This document shows, piece by piece, positions 41,258 through 51,587 of a DNA stretch of 64,000 nt. Positions within the stretch are counted from its first letter, which is position 1. Each line of letters begins with the position of its first letter. The notes beneath the pieces are model-generated. The model had not been told where the DNA came from, did no database searches, and worked only from the letters and a program-made list of their open reading frames with translations. Source of the DNA: an uncultured Pelagibacteraceae bacterium (GTDB lineage: Bacteria; Pseudomonadota; Alphaproteobacteria; Pelagibacterales; Pelagibacteraceae); contig CABYVK010000007.1 of assembly GCA_902522385.1 (NCBI GenBank), forward strand, positions 1,061-65,060, in the 5' to 3' direction. The position numbers and the translations under genes were made by a program.

Positions 41258-41782
41258 ATGCTCAAATTATACGTTATGCGTCATGCAAAATCTAGCTGGG
41301 ACCATCCAAATCTTGAGGATCATGAAAGACCTTTAAGTAAGCGTGGCAAGAAAAATGCAAAAAAGATTTGTGAATTTTTTGTTAAAAAAAAATATAAGTT
41401 TGATTACATATTACTTTCATCATCAAAAAGAACAAAGAAAACGTTAAAAATTTTATTAAAAAAAATAGAAAAACCAAAAAAAATTATTTCTTCAAAAAAA
41501 TTATACCTATCAAGTGAAGATGAAATTATAGATATAATAAAAAAAACACCTAAAAAATTTAAATCTGTGCTTTTAATTAACCACGAGCCTGCTGTTAGAA
41601 ATCTAGTACGATCACTGACAAAAAATCATAACAACAATCATTTTAAGTTATTAAACTATAAATTTCCAACATCAGCTTTTGCAAAAATTTATTTTGATTT
41701 TAATGAATGGAATAAATTAGATGGAAGTGGTTTAATTAAGGAATTTATGAGACCTAAAGACCTTCAAGATTCTAATGAATAA
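41258..41782 (+). CDS. sixA: Phosphohistidine phosphatase SixA family
   Basis: MLKLYVMRHAKS, DHERPLSKRG, INHEP, FPTS; start at ATG 41258. Confidence 0.85.
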   Translation: MLKLYVMRHAKSSWDHPNLEDHERPLSKRGKKNAKKICEFFVKKKYKFDYILLSSSKRTKKTLKILLKKIEKPKKIISSKKLYLSSEDEIIDIIKKTPKKFKSVLLINHEPAVRNLVRSLTKNHNNNHFKLLNYKFPTSAFAKIYFDFNEWNKLDGSGLIKEFMRPKDLQDSNE

Positions 41783-42447
41783 CCTGCTGATCTTACAGTT
41801 CTAATTAATGGTTTGGTTTTATCTATATTAATAGCTTGTCTTAATCTTCTAATATGTACATCGACTGTTCTAGACTCTACATAAATATTTTCACCCCAAA
41901 CATTGTTTAATAGTTGTTCTCGTGAATATACTCTTTTTGGATTTTTGATAAAAAAATCTAATAATTTAAATTCTGTAGGACCTAAATTTATTTCAACATT
42001 ATTTCTATAAACTCTTTTTGTTATTCTATCTATTTTTAGATCTGTAAACTCAACAACATCTGCAGATGATTGTGGTTTTGATCTTCTAAGTAGTGATTTA
42101 ATTCTTGCATTAAGTTCTTTTTGACTAAATGGCTTTGTTACATAATCATCTGCACCTGTATCAAAAGCTCTTAATTTGTCCTCTTCCTCACCTTTTGCTG
42201 TCAACATTATTACAGGTATGTCGTTATACTTTTTGTCTTTTTTTAAATTCTTACATATTTCAACACCTGACAAATCTGGCAACATCCAATCCATTAATAT
42301 TAAGTCAGGATGCTTATCTTTAATTTGTTTAAGTGCATCTTCACCATTTTCGGAATAGCTTACTTTGTGACCTTCTTTTTCAAGATTATATTTTAGCAGC
42401 GTTACTATTGAAGTTTCATCTTCAGCAATAAACACGTGAGCAGACAT
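41764..42447 (-). CDS. phoB: Phosphate regulon response regulator
   Basis: DWMLP, GADDYVTKPFS, RTVDVHIRRLR, RTVRSAGY; follows phoU. Confidence 0.96.
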   Translation of the reverse strand: MSAHVFIAEDETSIVTLLKYNLEKEGHKVSYSENGEDALKQIKDKHPDLILMDWMLPDLSGVEICKNLKKDKKYNDIPVIMLTAKGEEEDKLRAFDTGADDYVTKPFSQKELNARIKSLLRRSKPQSSADVVEFTDLKIDRITKRVYRNNVEINLGPTEFKLLDFFIKNPKRVYSREQLLNNVWGENIYVESRTVDVHIRRLRQAINIDKTKPLIRTVRSAGYSLES

Positions 42448-42450
42448 TTA

Positions 42451-43158
42451 TTACTTTTCTCCTGTTACTATTGGCTCTGTTCCTTTTGGACGATCTCCTT
42501 CTAAATACTCTCCTGTAACTAAATAATATACCTGTTCTGCAACGTTTGTTGTGTGATCACCGATACGTTCAATATTTTTAGTAACAAATAATAAATGAGT
42601 ACCATCATCTAGATTTTTTTCGTCTTCCTTCAAATATTTTATTACTTCTTGCATACATAAATTTGTTAAATCATCTATTTGTTCATCACCTTCCCAGACA
42701 TTTATAGCCATAGCAGATGACCTATCTAAATATGCATCCAAAATAGATTTGAGTTGTTTTTGAACATTAGAAGAAACTCTTACCAAAGCTTCGGTCAAAT
42801 TTTTTGGTAAATTTTCATTTAATAATAATGTTCTTTTTGAAATATTCTTTGCCAAATCACCTATTCGTTCTAAATCAGATGAAATTTTCAATGCGGTTAC
42901 AGTTTCTCTTAAATCTATTGCCATTGGTTGTCTTAAAGCAATTAGATTTACCACCTGTTGCTCTATTAAAGTTTCAAACTTATCTATTTTTTCGTCATCT
43001 TTTATAACAGCTTCCGCATTATCACTATTTCTTGTGGTAATGGCTTGAATAGCCTTGCCTAATGACTCCTCGCAAAAACCACCCATTTTAATTATATTAC
43101 TATTTAAATTTTTAAGTTCTTCCTCGTAAGACTTAACCGTGTGTGGTGCTTCAACCAT
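42451..43158 (-). CDS. phoU: Phosphate signalling protein PhoU
   Basis: QPMAIDLR, DLERIGD, IERIGDH. Confidence 0.96.
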   Translation of the reverse strand: MVEAPHTVKSYEEELKNLNSNIIKMGGFCEESLGKAIQAITTRNSDNAEAVIKDDEKIDKFETLIEQQVVNLIALRQPMAIDLRETVTALKISSDLERIGDLAKNISKRTLLLNENLPKNLTEALVRVSSNVQKQLKSILDAYLDRSSAMAINVWEGDEQIDDLTNLCMQEVIKYLKEDEKNLDDGTHLLFVTKNIERIGDHTTNVAEQVYYLVTGEYLEGDRPKGTEPIVTGEK

Positions 43159-43913
43159 TATCCAAACCTCCCTGTAATATAATCCTGAGTTCTTTTATTT
43201 TCAGGATTCTTAAATATTTTATCAGTAGAACCATGTTCTATCAATTCTCCCAAATGAAAAAAGCCTGTGTTTTGGGATACTCTTGCTGCTTGAGCCATTG
43301 AATGAGTAACTATTATAATAGTATGGTCTTTTTTTAACTCATCAATTAGTTCTTCTATTTGAGCTGTAGCAATAGGATCTAAAGCAGAACAAGGCTCGTC
43401 CATAAGAATAACTTCAGGTTTAACTGAAATAGCCCTTGCTATGCATAATCTTTGTTGTTGTCCACCAGACAAACCAGTTCCTGGTTCATGAAGTCTATCT
43501 TTGACCTCTTCCCATAACGCTGCTTTTTTTAAGCTATTTTCAACTATTTCATCCATTTCATTTTTTGATTGAGCCATGCCATGAATTGTTGGGCCATAAG
43601 AAATGTTTTCATAAATAGTTTTAGGAAAAGGATTTGGTTTTTGAAAAACCATACCAATTTTTTCTCTTAATCTAACTACATCACAACTCTTGTCATTGAT
43701 ATCAAAATCATTGATAATAATCTGACCTTTAACTCTGCATATATCAATCACATCATTCATTCTATTAAGACATCTTAAAAAAGTAGATTTACCACAACCT
43801 GAAGGACCAATTAGTGCTGTAACCTGATTTTCTTCAATATCTAAGTTTATATTGAATAGAGCTTGTTTCTTTCCATAGAAAACATCTACATTTTTTGAAT
43901 TTATCTTTATCAT
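43158..43913 (-). CDS. pstB: Phosphate ABC transporter ATPase
   Basis: [33 protein letters not shown]; likely start 43913. Confidence 0.97.
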   Translation of the reverse strand: MIKINSKNVDVFYGKKQALFNINLDIEENQVTALIGPSGCGKSTFLRCLNRMNDVIDICRVKGQIIINDFDINDKSCDVVRLREKIGMVFQKPNPFPKTIYENISYGPTIHGMAQSKNEMDEIVENSLKKAALWEEVKDRLHEPGTGLSGGQQQRLCIARAISVKPEVILMDEPCSALDPIATAQIEELIDELKKDHTIIIVTHSMAQAARVSQNTGFFHLGELIEHGSTDKIFKNPENKRTQDYITGRFG

Positions 43914-43914
43914 C

Positions 43915-45183
43915 TTAACTCCATTTTTTTTCAAATTTATGTCTAATTATTTGTGCAAACAAATTCATTATGATTAAAAATCCCAATAGGACCATAATAC
44001 AAGCAGAAACTTTCTCGACAAATCCTCTTTCAGCACTCTCTGCCCATATATAAATTTGTACAGGCAAACTTGCAGCTGGATCTAAAGGAGATCCTGGAAT
44101 TGTATTTACAAAAGCTACCATACCAATCAATATCAAAGGTGCAGTTTCACCTAAAGCTTGAGCCAAGCCAATAATTGTACCTGATAAAGTTCCTGGCATA
44201 GATAATGGCACTGTATGATGCATTGTAGTTTGCATTTTACTAGCGCCCATTGCAAGTGCAGCCTCTCTTATACTTGGAGGAACTGCTTTTAAAGATGCTC
44301 TACAGGCAATAATTATTGTTGGCAATGTCATCAACGATAAAGTTATTCCACCAACTAGAGGTGTTGATCTAGGTAACTGAAATACAGCCAGCAAAATACC
44401 TAGTCCCAAAAGACCAAAAACAATTGATGGAACAGCTGCTAAGTTATTTATATTTACCTCAATAAAATCAGTAAATCTATTTTTTGGTGCAAATTCCTCT
44501 AAATAAATAGCTGCTAGCACTGCAACAGGAAATGCAATAACTAAACAAACTAAAATAGAAAAAATCGATCCCATAAATGAGCTTGCTATACCAGCTAATT
44601 CAGCCTCTCTTGAATCTGGGTATGTAAAAAAACTTAAATTGAATTTACTTTCAACTCTTCCCTGTTCTACAAGTTGATCAAAAATCTTTAATTGATAATC
44701 TGTAACTCTTCTTTGATCTTCGGGTAAATCCCTTGGATAATTGCCTTTAAATACTTGATCTAAATCATCTGAAGCAGTTAAGTAAACATCTTTAGTTTTT
44801 CCAATTAATGAAGGGTCATTTAAAAGCTCTCTTTTAATCTCTCTTTCAAAAAAGTAAGAGACCATTCTCTTCAGATCATTTTGTTGTTTTTCTGAGGCAC
44901 TTTTATCTAAATTAAACATTGTTTGTAAAGCTAGATCAAAATAATCTGCATCCTCTAAGTCTTCTTTAGAAGGATTTTCGTCAAGGTACATGGTTTCAGC
45001 ATCAAAGGTGACTGGTACAATCAACCAAGTTTTCTGAAACGCTGTATAGCCAGTAGAAAAGATTTTAAAAATAAAAATTGTTAAAAATAATAGAGCTAAA
45101 AAAATTGCGCTTTTCCCGTAAAATTGAAATCTTTTTTCGGCCCTATATCTAGAATTTAGGAGTTTTTCTTTATTTTTATTCAT
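43915..45183 (-). CDS. pstA: Phosphate ABC transporter permease PstA
   Basis: [18 protein letters not shown]; likely start 45183. Confidence 0.96.
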   Translation of the reverse strand: MNKNKEKLLNSRYRAEKRFQFYGKSAIFLALLFLTIFIFKIFSTGYTAFQKTWLIVPVTFDAETMYLDENPSKEDLEDADYFDLALQTMFNLDKSASEKQQNDLKRMVSYFFEREIKRELLNDPSLIGKTKDVYLTASDDLDQVFKGNYPRDLPEDQRRVTDYQLKIFDQLVEQGRVESKFNLSFFTYPDSREAELAGIASSFMGSIFSILVCLVIAFPVAVLAAIYLEEFAPKNRFTDFIEVNINNLAAVPSIVFGLLGLGILLAVFQLPRSTPLVGGITLSLMTLPTIIIACRASLKAVPPSIREAALAMGASKMQTTMHHTVPLSMPGTLSGTIIGLAQALGETAPLILIGMVAFVNTIPGSPLDPAASLPVQIYIWAESAERGFVEKVSACIMVLLGFLIIMNLFAQIIRHKFEKKWS

Positions 45184-46561
45184 ATTTTTCCCTATATTTT
45201 TTAACAACTCTTAATGCAAAAATATTTAAACTAAGTGTTACCAAAAACAATGTCATACCTAGTGCAAATGCTGCCTGGGTTTTAGGATCTCCAAAGGCCT
45301 GATCTCCAATTAATATTACGACAATTTGAGCAGTGATAGTTGAAGTAGATTCTAAAGGGTTAAATGTTAAGTTGGCTGCAAGGCCTGAAGCCATAACTAC
45401 AATCATTGTTTCTCCAACAGCTCTGGAAACACCTAGCAAGATAGAACCAACAATTCCTGGTAATGCTGCTGGAAAAATAACTTTTTTTATTGTTTCTGAT
45501 TTAGTAGCCCCCATTGCATAACTACCATCTCTTAAACTTTGAGGAACACTAGTAATAACGTCATCACTCAAACTAGATATAAACGGAATAATCATTATCC
45601 CCATTACACCCCCTGCAGCTAGAGCACTCTCTGCAGATACTTCTAATCCCATTGCCGTTCCTATATCTTTAAGGAATGGTCCAACTGTTAAAGCTGCAAA
45701 AAAACCATAAACTACAGTTGGTATGCCTGCTAAAATTTCAATTAAAGGTTTTGCATATTGTCTTACTTTGGTTGAAGCGTATTCAGCTAAATAAATTCCA
45801 CTCATCAATCCAATTGGTATAGCAACACACATTGCAATTAATGCTATAAAAAATGTTCCGGCAAAAATTGGTACAGCCCCAAATGTATCAGAATACATTG
45901 ATGGATCCAAAGGCTCAGAAGCATCTCTCACAAATGCTTTAGCTGGATACCAATGAGTTCCAAAAATAAAATCAAACAAGGGAATTACTTTAAAAAAATC
46001 GATAGTTTGAAATATTAATGAAAAAACAATTCCAATAGTTGTTAATATAGCTGCCAAAGAAGCTGTAAATAAAACAGCATTTAAAAATTTTTCAACCGGT
46101 TCTCTTGTTCTGTTGTTTGAAGAAATTCTTTTATAACCATAAACTATAGAAGCTATAATTATTGCCAAAATTAAAACAACTTTAGAGTTTTGGGCTATAG
46201 ATCGAAGATTTAAATATTTTTCTGCAGATGTTTCAAGATAAGTAGTAATTTCTCCACTAAACTGACCACGAGATAATGATTTAGTTTTTTCATAAATTAG
46301 ATTTAGTTCGTCATCAAGATATCCTTGATTGCTATAATCACTTAAAATTATTAACTTAACTATACTCGGCTCAAATATTGCCCATAAAGAATAAATAATA
46401 AAAGCGGGTATTGCGCACCATATTGCTAAATAATACCCATAAAATTGTGGAAGTGCTGTTAATCTAGTATTTGTTGCTTGAATTGAGTAGGCTTTTTTTC
46501 TTCCAAAATAGTAACTAGTAAAACCAAGAAGTACAATAAAGATGAATATAACTAAGTTCAA
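45176..46561 (-). CDS. pstC: Phosphate ABC transporter permease PstC (TTG start)
   Basis: LAGIPTVVYG, SRAVGETM; AGGAG RBS upstream. Confidence 0.96.
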   Translation of the reverse strand: MNLVIFIFIVLLGFTSYYFGRKKAYSIQATNTRLTALPQFYGYYLAIWCAIPAFIIYSLWAIFEPSIVKLIILSDYSNQGYLDDELNLIYEKTKSLSRGQFSGEITTYLETSAEKYLNLRSIAQNSKVVLILAIIIASIVYGYKRISSNNRTREPVEKFLNAVLFTASLAAILTTIGIVFSLIFQTIDFFKVIPLFDFIFGTHWYPAKAFVRDASEPLDPSMYSDTFGAVPIFAGTFFIALIAMCVAIPIGLMSGIYLAEYASTKVRQYAKPLIEILAGIPTVVYGFFAALTVGPFLKDIGTAMGLEVSAESALAAGGVMGIMIIPFISSLSDDVITSVPQSLRDGSYAMGATKSETIKKVIFPAALPGIVGSILLGVSRAVGETMIVVMASGLAANLTFNPLESTSTITAQIVVILIGDQAFGDPKTQAAFALGMTLFLVTLSLNIFALRVVKKYREKYE

Positions 46562-46594
46562 AGAATCTCCTAATGTTTTACTTTACACTTTCTT

Positions 46595-46623
46595 AAAAAA
46601 AAAGGGGTCTAAAAAGACCCCTT
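46595..46623 (-). terminator. Intrinsic terminator or stabilising hairpin between pstS and pstC
   Basis: AAGGGGTCT-AAAA-AGACCCCTT followed by a U-tract on the minus strand. Confidence 0.8.
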
Positions 46624-46647
46624 ATCTTTATTTGTTAACCAGCTTTA

Positions 46648-47697
46648 TTAGTCAGCCATTGCAACAAGATCTTTCGCATTAGTTCTAGTTGTCTTGTACA
46701 ACTTCTTATCTAATGGTACTAAACCAATATCAGCCAAATAGCCATTTTTACCTATAGCTTTAGTTGTAGTGAACTCTTTTACAAATTCATGTAATCCAGG
46801 GATTACACCAACGTGAGCTTTTTTCACATAGAAAAATAATGGTCTTGCAACTGCATAACTGTAGTCTTGAATACTCGCAAGAGATGGTTGACCACCATCA
46901 ATGCTAGCAGCTTGCAATTTGTCTTTAGCAGCTAAGAAATAACTAAATCCAAAGAAACCAAACATGTCTTTATCTTGTACTAATTTTTGAATGATTAAAC
47001 TATCGTTTTCACCAACTTCAATAGCAGCACCATCTTCTCTATAAAGTTTTTGAGGTTTTTTGTATTTTTTATTTCCAGCCTCATAACCAGCTTTATAAAG
47101 AGCTTTAGCTTCTTTAGTCATACCTTTTTTCATTACCAAAGAATTCCAAGCATCTCTTGTTCCAGAAGTTCCTGGAGGGATCATTACAGAAATTTTCTGT
47201 TTAGGTAGACTTGGATCAATTTGGTCCCAAGTTTTATAAATATTTGGAACTAATTTACCATCAACAACTGTATGTGCAGCTAATGCTAAATATAATTGCT
47301 CTTTAGTAAAGTTAATTGGTTTTGCATCTTTACTATAAGCTAATGTAATACCGTCATTACCAATAACGATCTCAACGATTTCATTAACTCCATTTTTTTT
47401 ACATAGAGCTTTTTCTTTATCTTTCATGGCTCTTGATGCATTTGTAATATCTGGATGTTGTTCACCAACACCAGCGCAGAATAGTTTAGCTCCTCCACCA
47501 GTACCAGTCGATTCGATTACAGGAGTTTTAAATCCTGAACCACCGAATCTTTCAGCAACAACAGTCGCGTAAGGGAATACTGTAGATGAACCAACTATTT
47601 TAATTTGATCTCTTGCTTGAGCAACTGTCGCAATTGTTAAAGCAACAAGCGAAGCAATTATTATAGTTAGTTTTTTCATTATCTTTAATCCTTTCAT
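46648..47697 (-). CDS. pstS: Phosphate ABC transporter substrate-binding protein
   Basis: ARDQIKIVGSSTV, ESTGTGGG, NASR, SGTRD, RPLFFY. Confidence 0.96.
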   Translation of the reverse strand: MKGLKIMKKLTIIIASLVALTIATVAQARDQIKIVGSSTVFPYATVVAERFGGSGFKTPVIESTGTGGGAKLFCAGVGEQHPDITNASRAMKDKEKALCKKNGVNEIVEIVIGNDGITLAYSKDAKPINFTKEQLYLALAAHTVVDGKLVPNIYKTWDQIDPSLPKQKISVMIPPGTSGTRDAWNSLVMKKGMTKEAKALYKAGYEAGNKKYKKPQKLYREDGAAIEVGENDSLIIQKLVQDKDMFGFFGFSYFLAAKDKLQAASIDGGQPSLASIQDYSYAVARPLFFYVKKAHVGVIPGLHEFVKEFTTTKAIGKNGYLADIGLVPLDKKLYKTTRTNAKDLVAMAD

Positions 47698-47745
47698 TAT
47701 TAATTAAAAGATTTCAGACTCGTATAAATTTATTGAATCTTTAAT

Positions 47746-47774
47746 ATTACAGAATTGTTACAGTTTTGTTAAAA
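47746..47774 (-). promoter_or_regulatory. PHO box upstream of pstS
   Basis: Minus strand TTTTAAC-AAAA-CTGTAAC-AATT-CTGTAAT, 11-bp periodicity matching CTGTCAT-N4-CTGT(C/A)A(C/T). Confidence 0.85.
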
Positions 47775-47784
47775 AGGTAACTTT

Positions 47785-48393
47785 TTAGTTGTATTTCATT
47801 GAGATAATAATCTCATTTTTTTCGGTTTCCAAACCACCTTTGCATGAAACTGGATTAACATTATCCTTAAAAGCAAGTTCTGTTGTAGGCCTTAAAATAA
47901 CTTCCAATTTCACGAGATTAACTAATTCCTCAAGAACACTTTGATCATAACGCCATTTGGGCCAACTACTTGGAGTTGAAAATATAGATGTTAAATAACT
48001 TGTTGCCATAGTAAATCTATAATTACTCATATTTTCATTTCTTAGTAAATGATCTCTGACAGAATTAAATATATTTCTACATCTAAATGAATCTGACATG
48101 TAGTTTTCTTTTTTTAAATTTTCGTTTACAGGAATTGAAATAATTAGATCTACTGAATTGTTTCGATATGAAGTGAGAACATCCATGTAAATATCTTCAT
48201 ATGGGACATCTTTATGTTTTTTAATTTCAGAATAAGTGCTTTTTAAATCTTCTTGTAATCTAAAAACACCAATATCGAATACAGTTAATTGTTGATTCCT
48301 TAGAATTGTAGATATATCCGATGATATACTTTTAGTAATCATCGACATAAAAACAAATAAGATAATTAAAATACTATGCAATACCTTAATCAT
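47785..48393 (-). CDS. Hypothetical exported protein
   Basis: 202-aa ORF with N-terminal hydrophobic signal and two Cys; no family recognised. Confidence 0.7.
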   Translation of the reverse strand: MIKVLHSILIILFVFMSMITKSISSDISTILRNQQLTVFDIGVFRLQEDLKSTYSEIKKHKDVPYEDIYMDVLTSYRNNSVDLIISIPVNENLKKENYMSDSFRCRNIFNSVRDHLLRNENMSNYRFTMATSYLTSIFSTPSSWPKWRYDQSVLEELVNLVKLEVILRPTTELAFKDNVNPVSCKGGLETEKNEIIISMKYN

Positions 48394-48487
48394 ATTAAAA
48401 ATTTAATTAAAATAGGATACGAATCAACAAAAGATTTGTTAAATATTGATCGAATAAGAGTTAATTTTAAACAACTTTTTAAATTAA

Positions 48488-49636
48488 TTATTTTGTTGGA
48501 AGATATATTTTAATTTCAGTACCTTCATTAAGTTTACTAAGAATCTCGTAATCACCTCTGTGTTGAGATATAATATGTTTCATGATAGCTAAACCTAAAC
48601 CTGTGCCACCAACTTTTTTACTTTTTTCTGTATCTACTCTAAAAAATCTTTCAGTTATTCTTGGAATTAACTGTTGAGGTATTCCAATCCCTTCATCTTT
48701 AATACTAATGACAATATTTTTACCAATTAATTTACCTTCACTATTTTGACTTTTGACATATATATTTTTTCCACCTTGAGAATATTTAATTGAATTATCA
48801 ATTAAATTTGAAAATACAGTTAACAATTTATCATTATCACCAAAAACTAAAGTTGGTTCAATAAGTTCAAGATGTAAATTAATTTTCTTTTTTTTAAGAA
48901 TTAATTCAAAGTTACTTTTAATATTTTTAAAAATATCATTTAGATTAATGATTTTATTTGGTTTAATGTGTTCTTCAAGCTCAATTCTGCTTAAAATCAA
49001 TAAATCATTGATTAAGTTTTCCATTCTCAATACTTGATCAGACATGATAGACATAAATTTTTTTTGACCCTCTTGGTCTTTTGAAGCTGGTCCAAGAATA
49101 GTATCTAAAGAGCCTTTAATTGAAACTAAAGGTGTTCTTAATTCGTGACTCACATTAGCAACAAAATCAGTTTTTAATTTTTGTGCTTTTGTTATTTCTG
49201 TAAAATCTTTTAGAAATAATACAACCGAGTCTATTTCTGGAAACAAATGAGTAGGACCAGGAATAACGTAAATTTTGTAAAGCTGATAAGATGGTAAATT
49301 GATTTCTACATTAACATTTTTTGTGGTTTGGTCCTTAATAGCTTCATCAATTGTTTCTAATAATTTTGTATCTCTTATTACACTTGAAATATTTTTATCA
49401 ATTAAGTTTTCGCCAAAACGTTGTTTTGCACTTTTGTTAAGATATTTGATTAAGTTATATTTATCTAAAGCAAAAAATTGATCTTCTAATTCTTCAATAA
49501 TTACTCTCTTTCCTAAATCATCTTTATTGGTCTTATTTACAACTGGAGCTGTATTTTCTGGCTTAATATTTTTTTTAAATAAAAAATATAATAAAATAAT
49601 TATTACAACTATGAGTATCAACTCTGTCCAAAACAT
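48488..49636 (-). CDS. phoR: Phosphate regulon sensor histidine kinase
   Basis: DFVANVSHELRTPL H-box, NLIDNSIKY, TERFFRVD, GGTGLGLAI; PAS-like region; context. Confidence 0.9.
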   Translation of the reverse strand: MFWTELILIVVIIILLYFLFKKNIKPENTAPVVNKTNKDDLGKRVIIEELEDQFFALDKYNLIKYLNKSAKQRFGENLIDKNISSVIRDTKLLETIDEAIKDQTTKNVNVEINLPSYQLYKIYVIPGPTHLFPEIDSVVLFLKDFTEITKAQKLKTDFVANVSHELRTPLVSIKGSLDTILGPASKDQEGQKKFMSIMSDQVLRMENLINDLLILSRIELEEHIKPNKIINLNDIFKNIKSNFELILKKKKINLHLELIEPTLVFGDNDKLLTVFSNLIDNSIKYSQGGKNIYVKSQNSEGKLIGKNIVISIKDEGIGIPQQLIPRITERFFRVDTEKSKKVGGTGLGLAIMKHIISQHRGDYEILSKLNEGTEIKIYLPTK

Positions 49637-49670
49637 GGATATGTTTTAACAAATGTAATGAATATTGTCT

Positions 49671-50678
49671 TTAATAATTAGGTGAAATATTTTCAAAAAA
49701 TATTTTTGCTGTTTCTTCCCATGAATATTTTTTTGCAAAATCAAGACAATCTTGGCGACTTACCTTCAAAGCTTTTAAAGCAGAAGCCTTCAAATCATCA
49801 TCTAAAGTATCAATATTAGTTCCACCTAATATATCTTTAGGTCCTGGCACTGGATAAGCTGCAACTGGTGTACCACAATTTAATGATTCCAAAACAACAA
49901 TACCAAATGTATCAGTTTTACTAGGAAAAACAAAAACGTCTGATGATGCAAAATGAGATGCTAATTCTCCATTAGTCTTTTCTCCTAAAAAAATATCATT
50001 TGGAAATTTTTTTTTCAAATTGTTCAAATCTGGACCTTTTCCAATAATAACTTTAGTACCTTCAAGATCGAGATCTAAAAATGCTTTAATATTTTTTTCA
50101 ACTGCAATCCTACCAACATATATCCATATAGGTCTTTTATAAGGTAAGTCTCTCTTAATGGGATTTTTAAACGCACCATGATTACCTCCCCTAGTCCATG
50201 TAACCATTTTATTATTATCAACACCTAATGCAATTAGCTCCTCACGCATAGATTCTGTTGTCACTAAAATTCTTTCAGCTTTATTATGAAAATTGCATAA
50301 AAATTTCTCTGACCATTTAGCTGGAATGATAGGCATATAAAGTTTCATATATTTATCAAATCTTGTATGAAAACTCGTTGTAAACTTTAAACCTTTTTTA
50401 ATACAATGTCTTCTTGCCATAAAACCAAGAGGCCCTTCTGTTGCAATGTGTATTGCATCAGGTTTAATTGAATTGATTAAATTACTTACACGAGGCCAAA
50501 CATTTAAAGATAATCTAATTTCATTATATTTGGGCATAGGTACAGTCAGAAATTGTTGAGGTGTAATATATTCAATAGTGTGACCTTGTGATTTAAGTAT
50601 TTCACCTGTTTGATGGAGAGTTCTTACTACACCATTAACTTGCGGGTAATAAGCATCAGTAACTATTAATATTTTCAT
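49671..50678 (-). CDS. agt: GT4 glycosyltransferase (Agt-like glycolipid synthase)
   Basis: TDAYYPQVNGVV, HIATEGPLG, FHTRF, FPSKTDTFG; directly downstream of plcP. Confidence 0.85.
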   Translation of the reverse strand: MKILIVTDAYYPQVNGVVRTLHQTGEILKSQGHTIEYITPQQFLTVPMPKYNEIRLSLNVWPRVSNLINSIKPDAIHIATEGPLGFMARRHCIKKGLKFTTSFHTRFDKYMKLYMPIIPAKWSEKFLCNFHNKAERILVTTESMREELIALGVDNNKMVTWTRGGNHGAFKNPIKRDLPYKRPIWIYVGRIAVEKNIKAFLDLDLEGTKVIIGKGPDLNNLKKKFPNDIFLGEKTNGELASHFASSDVFVFPSKTDTFGIVVLESLNCGTPVAAYPVPGPKDILGGTNIDTLDDDLKASALKALKVSRQDCLDFAKKYSWEETAKIFFENISPNY

Positions 50679-50681
50679 TTT

Positions 50682-51488
50682 TTAGGATGCTTTTTTGAAA
50701 GAAGTGAACTTGTCTTTATCAATATTTTCTGAAATATATTCTTTTCTTTTTTTATCCCAATAAATTATCTCAAAAGTTCCATCATATTTTTCTGTTAATG
50801 CTGTACAAGACTCAACCCAATCACCACAATTTAAATAATTCACACCATCAAGGTTTAAATTTTCAGCGTGATGGATGTGACCACAGATTATTCCATCAAA
50901 TTTTTTTCTTTTTGCATATTTTGAAAGTGTGTTTTCATATTCACCTATATATTTGACAGCATTTTTTACCTTATATTTTAAAAATTTTGCCAAAGACCAA
51001 TAGTCTTTACCTCTCAACTTTCTAAAGAAATTTATAATAATATTAATTTTAAGTAATAATTCATATGCAATAGCTCCTAATTTAGATAGCCATTTTGCAT
51101 GTTTCATTACTCCGTCCCAAGCATCACCATGAACAACTAGATATTTTTTTCCTAACTGTGTTTCATGAATAACTCTATTTACAATTTTAATATCACCCAA
51201 GTGCATTGGGATAAATTTTCTAAACACCTCGTCATGATTACCAATAATGTAAAATACTTTTGTCCCGTGCCTTGCTTTTCTTAATATTTTTTGAATGACA
51301 TCATTGTGCTCTTGAGGCCAATAGAAACTCTTTTGCATAGCCCAAACATCGATTATGTCTCCAACCAAATAAAGATTTTCAGATCTTGAATTTTTGAAAA
51401 ACTCTAGAAGCTTGCCTGCTTGACAACCTTTAGTACCAAGATGTACATCAGATATGAATATACTCTTATATTTTAATAGTGGGGCCAT
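50682..51488 (-). CDS. plcP: Metallophosphoesterase phospholipase C PlcP (LpxH-like)
   Basis: SDVHLG, LVGDIID, GNHD (His, not the Arg of LpxH), HGD, GHIH, GDWVES; paired with agt. Confidence 0.85.
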   Translation of the reverse strand: MAPLLKYKSIFISDVHLGTKGCQAGKLLEFFKNSRSENLYLVGDIIDVWAMQKSFYWPQEHNDVIQKILRKARHGTKVFYIIGNHDEVFRKFIPMHLGDIKIVNRVIHETQLGKKYLVVHGDAWDGVMKHAKWLSKLGAIAYELLLKINIIINFFRKLRGKDYWSLAKFLKYKVKNAVKYIGEYENTLSKYAKRKKFDGIICGHIHHAENLNLDGVNYLNCGDWVESCTALTEKYDGTFEIIYWDKKRKEYISENIDKDKFTSFKKAS

Positions 51489-51502
51489 TAAAAAAACTTT
51501 TT

Positions 51503-51520
51503 TTGTAACACAACTGTAAC
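51503..51520 (+). promoter_or_regulatory. PHO box in the plcP/DAG-kinase divergent spacer
   Basis: TTGTAAC-ACAA-CTGTAAC. Confidence 0.75.
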
Positions 51521-51587
51521 TCGAATCATCTATTTCTTATTTCATTGAAATGTTAAGGATTTATTAAAATTTAATTACGAAAAAATT

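Noticed and set aside
48421-48450. Possible PHO box upstream of the 202-aa exported protein
   Set aside because: Only one acceptable half-site (ATTTAAC) on the minus strand.
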